From: Ascidiella aspersa
Lineage: Eukaryota
DNA length: 64,000 nucleotides
Assembly (NCBI GenBank): GCA_963924565.1
Contig: OZ004609.1
Location: forward strand, 32,922,001-32,986,000
Direction: 5' to 3'
Shown here: positions 61,801-64,000 of the stretch, piece by piece
How the letters are laid out: each line of letters begins with the position of its first letter
Numbering within the stretch: position 1 is the first letter of the stretch
The notes under the pieces: generated by a model
What the model was told of the DNA's origin: nothing
The model's input: the letters and a program-made list of their open reading frames with translations, nothing else
Databases searched by the model: none
Translations under genes and position numbers: made by a program

Positions 61801-64000
61801 CTTTTCTGACATGATTATTGTTGCTTTACAAAACACGACTTCACCATACAATATATGGGATGGTCTTCAGCAGTAAGTAACAGATTTAAGTTACATTTTA
61901 AGCAAAATATTAATAAAGATGTACTCAAGTACTTAGGTGATAAAGTGCCTCTTCGAAGGTGATTTTCACTCACCAAAACTGTTTTAAATTATTAATTCCT
62001 GAACATTGCCATTGGAGCATAATTTCTAGAGGTTGGTTCCCAAACTGGTTTGCACGAACCAACTGGGGTCCGCACAGCAGTTTTATACGGTCCGCAATGA
62101 GAATTAGTCTTAAGTTTTTTTTTTAACATTTGGCTTTAGCGATTGTTTTTAAATTAGTTTATGTTTTAAACATGATCTGTCATTATTATGGTCTTTAGTT
62201 ATGCTTTAATATTCGATAATATAGCGTGTTTTATGATGTCTCTTGTGATATCATAAAGCATCTATTGTGCTGTACCTGCTATCAGCGAATCATTCGCATT
62301 AGTTAGACTGTTGTTACATTAAAAAGAATCGTTACCGCACTAGTGTACTACAAGAATCATGGCTCAACTGACCCTTAATTTAAGTAATTTCAACGGGTCC
62401 ACCTGGCAAAATTTTTAGAAAAGTTTGGGAACCACTGTTCTAGAGGTTAAAGTTAGATACAGAAAGAATATCAAACACATTTAAGGATGTCAAAGTGTTA
62501 CCTACTTGGGCTAAACATTGCCTAGTCTTTAATTTATAGTAACTACCATGATAACCAATTCTTTTTAGACTTTCCCTATCACTCTGCATGATTTCTGACG
62601 AGGATGCCCAACAGGTTTTGTCCAAGTCTAATTATTCCTCATATCTAAATGTGAAATTTCAAACTTGCAGAAGTTTTGGTTTAGTCAAAGAGGAACAGTG
62701 TGAAATAGAGGTTTTTATAAGACATCTTGCATACATTAGCAATTTTCCACATTAAAAAGTTTATTGAAAATAAAACAATCTGTCTTGGTATTGTTTACAG
62801 ATCAGTTAATATATTTTAATGTATTGTTCCATGGTTTGTTATGAACGCATAAAAATAAGTTTCAGCTTGACATTTAATAGCAGGCTGTATTTACCAACCT
62901 AAAAAATGCCAGTAAGTTTTTATGATTAAAATTTTTAAAGAAATCTGTAATAAATTAACAACATACAAAGCTGAAAATGTAAAACAAGGCTGCTGTTGTT
63001 TTGCTTGGGTTTTTGATGAATGAATCACTAACCACAATAAACTTATTATAAACCTTGATATTGTTTTTTGTATCTAGACTTGTGGTTACATTTTTAAATC
63101 ATATAAGCCTAAAAAGATGAAATATTGGTAAATAAGAAACTATATGTGTAGAGGGTGATTTTTTTATAAACAAACCTTTTCTTTTTTTAAACACTTTTGG
63201 ATACAGAATGTTTTGTGCGAGGTTTTGACATTAACTATACCTAACTAATTTTTTCAACTGATCTCTAGTTTCATTTTGAAGAATTTGAAGAAGAAAACCA
63301 GCTGGATATTGAAATGGGCTTTTTGACATATGAAGATAACTTGGTAGGAGTAAAACAGTAGTTTATGTTTAGGGACACTTGTTTTCCAATTACGTTTTTT
63401 CTTTAAAATGTTGAGTTTTACTGAAGTTTTTACTAGTATACTGCCGTATTTAAAATAGGTACTTGTATAACCATTCTGTACCTTCCCAAGTACAGTATAT
63501 ACCCTTTCTCAACCTGTTTACGCGGTGACCCAAACATAGAGCGTTAGTTTACTGAAATCTTGCTCAGAACAAATCTTATTTAATCTAACCATGTAAAGTA
63601 CTTCGAACTGCAACCCAACTAACTTAAACAGCCCCCCAACTGTGGGTCGCAACTTGTGTATTAAGGAACACTGTGCTAAGACACTTTATTGATGTGTATT
63701 TCTACGATAAAAAGTTTTAAACTTAGCGGTTTAATTGTAATGTAAAACCTAGAAAATTGGTGTAATGCAAAATAAATTCTGTGTTTTTTTTGTAACAAAA
63801 AAAAAATGTAACAAAAAAACGAAAAATTGTCATTATTCTGAAGGCAAAGTTTGAAGAATCTCAAATGGCTTTGGAAGTTAATGAAATACACTTTGAAGAT
63901 CTCACTAGGGGTCGTTTTGCAAACATCTCAGATCTTGTTAGTGGCTTTACCTCTGGCCAACTTGACACTTTTCCACCTGAGTTAACCGTCCAGGTTCTCC
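49526..64000 (+). CDS. Large secreted protein of unknown function, possibly mesothelin/otoancorin/stereocilin-like in its later part; continues past the right edge
   Basis: Phase-consistent exons 49526-49559, 49628-49663, 49939-50016, 50443-50514, 50788-50895, 51000-51080, 51583-51666, 51857-51967, 52602-52736, 53150-53257, 53597-53689, 54101-54217, 54427-54513, 54780-54845, 55258-55350, 58306-58455, 58645-58681, 59147-59273, 59883-60026, 60618-60781, 61371-61542, 61730-61872, then less certain exons near 62569, 63269 and 63850-64000. N-terminus MAGLWSYLMAVGLLLGLVAVPSKG is signal-like; many N-x-S/T sequons. The gene model is well supported; the family call is weak. Confidence 0.75.
53823..53905. 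repeat. Tandem repeat, about 28-bp unit, 3 copies
   Basis: acatactcaaaccctaataatt occurs three times in tandem. Confidence 0.8.
55568..55823. mobile_element. PIF/Harbinger (Tourist)-type MITE, inverted copy of 6313-6577
   Basis: TIR aggcccgtttacacta / tagtgtaaacgggcct with TTA TSD at 55565-55567 and 55824-55826. Confidence 0.85.
57643..58129. mobile_element. hAT-type GGAGCC-array MITE, inverted copy of 16157-16639
   Basis: TIR cagggctggggagcc / ggttccccagccctg; exact TSD gcgaatag at 57635-57642 and 58130-58137. Confidence 0.9.
59527..59706. mobile_element. Fold-back element with a minimal hammerhead ribozyme motif (Penelope-like/retrozyme type)
   Basis: About 50-bp perfect inverted arms; 13-bp direct repeat ataggcttcagta at 59514-59526 and 59707-59719. 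Confidence 0.65.
59623..59670 (+). ncRNA. Putative minimal type I hammerhead ribozyme
   Basis: CTGACGA (59629-59635), stem II GGTGGC/GTTGCC, GAAAC-GTT (59657-59664) with palindromic ACGT stem III, and stem I acc/ggt. Confidence 0.55.
62032..62437. mobile_element. hAT-type MITE
   Basis: tggttcccaaac / gtttgggaaccactg with TSD ttctagag at 62024-62031 and 62438-62445. Confidence 0.65.

Overview
AT-rich, intron-rich animal genomic DNA. The gene architecture and a ficolin with a very short collagen stalk suggest an ascidian (tunicate), but that assignment is inference. Splicing exons by hand (GT-AG boundaries, consistent phases) gives seven genes: (1) a minus-strand gene, truncated at the left edge, encoding signal peptide + thrombospondin type-1 (TSP1) repeat + a domain carrying the ordered motifs of the bacterial VioB/RebD/StaD family; (2) a divergent glutathionyl-hydroquinone reductase (YqjG/ECM4 class) with two duplicated alternative first coding exons, one with a mitochondrial-type presequence; (3) PRPF3, apparently lacking its PWI domain; (4) a ficolin-like FReD protein; (5) DAD1 with a 3'-UTR intron; (6) an intronless basic 365-aa orphan ORF; (7) a large secreted protein of unknown function running off the right edge. 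Introns and spacers hold hAT- and PIF/Harbinger-type MITEs with intact target-site duplications (TSDs) and two copies of a fold-back element with hammerhead-like cores. The strongest candidate for a new system is the secreted, intron-rich VioB-like protein. Family motifs were recalled from memory; no searches were run.
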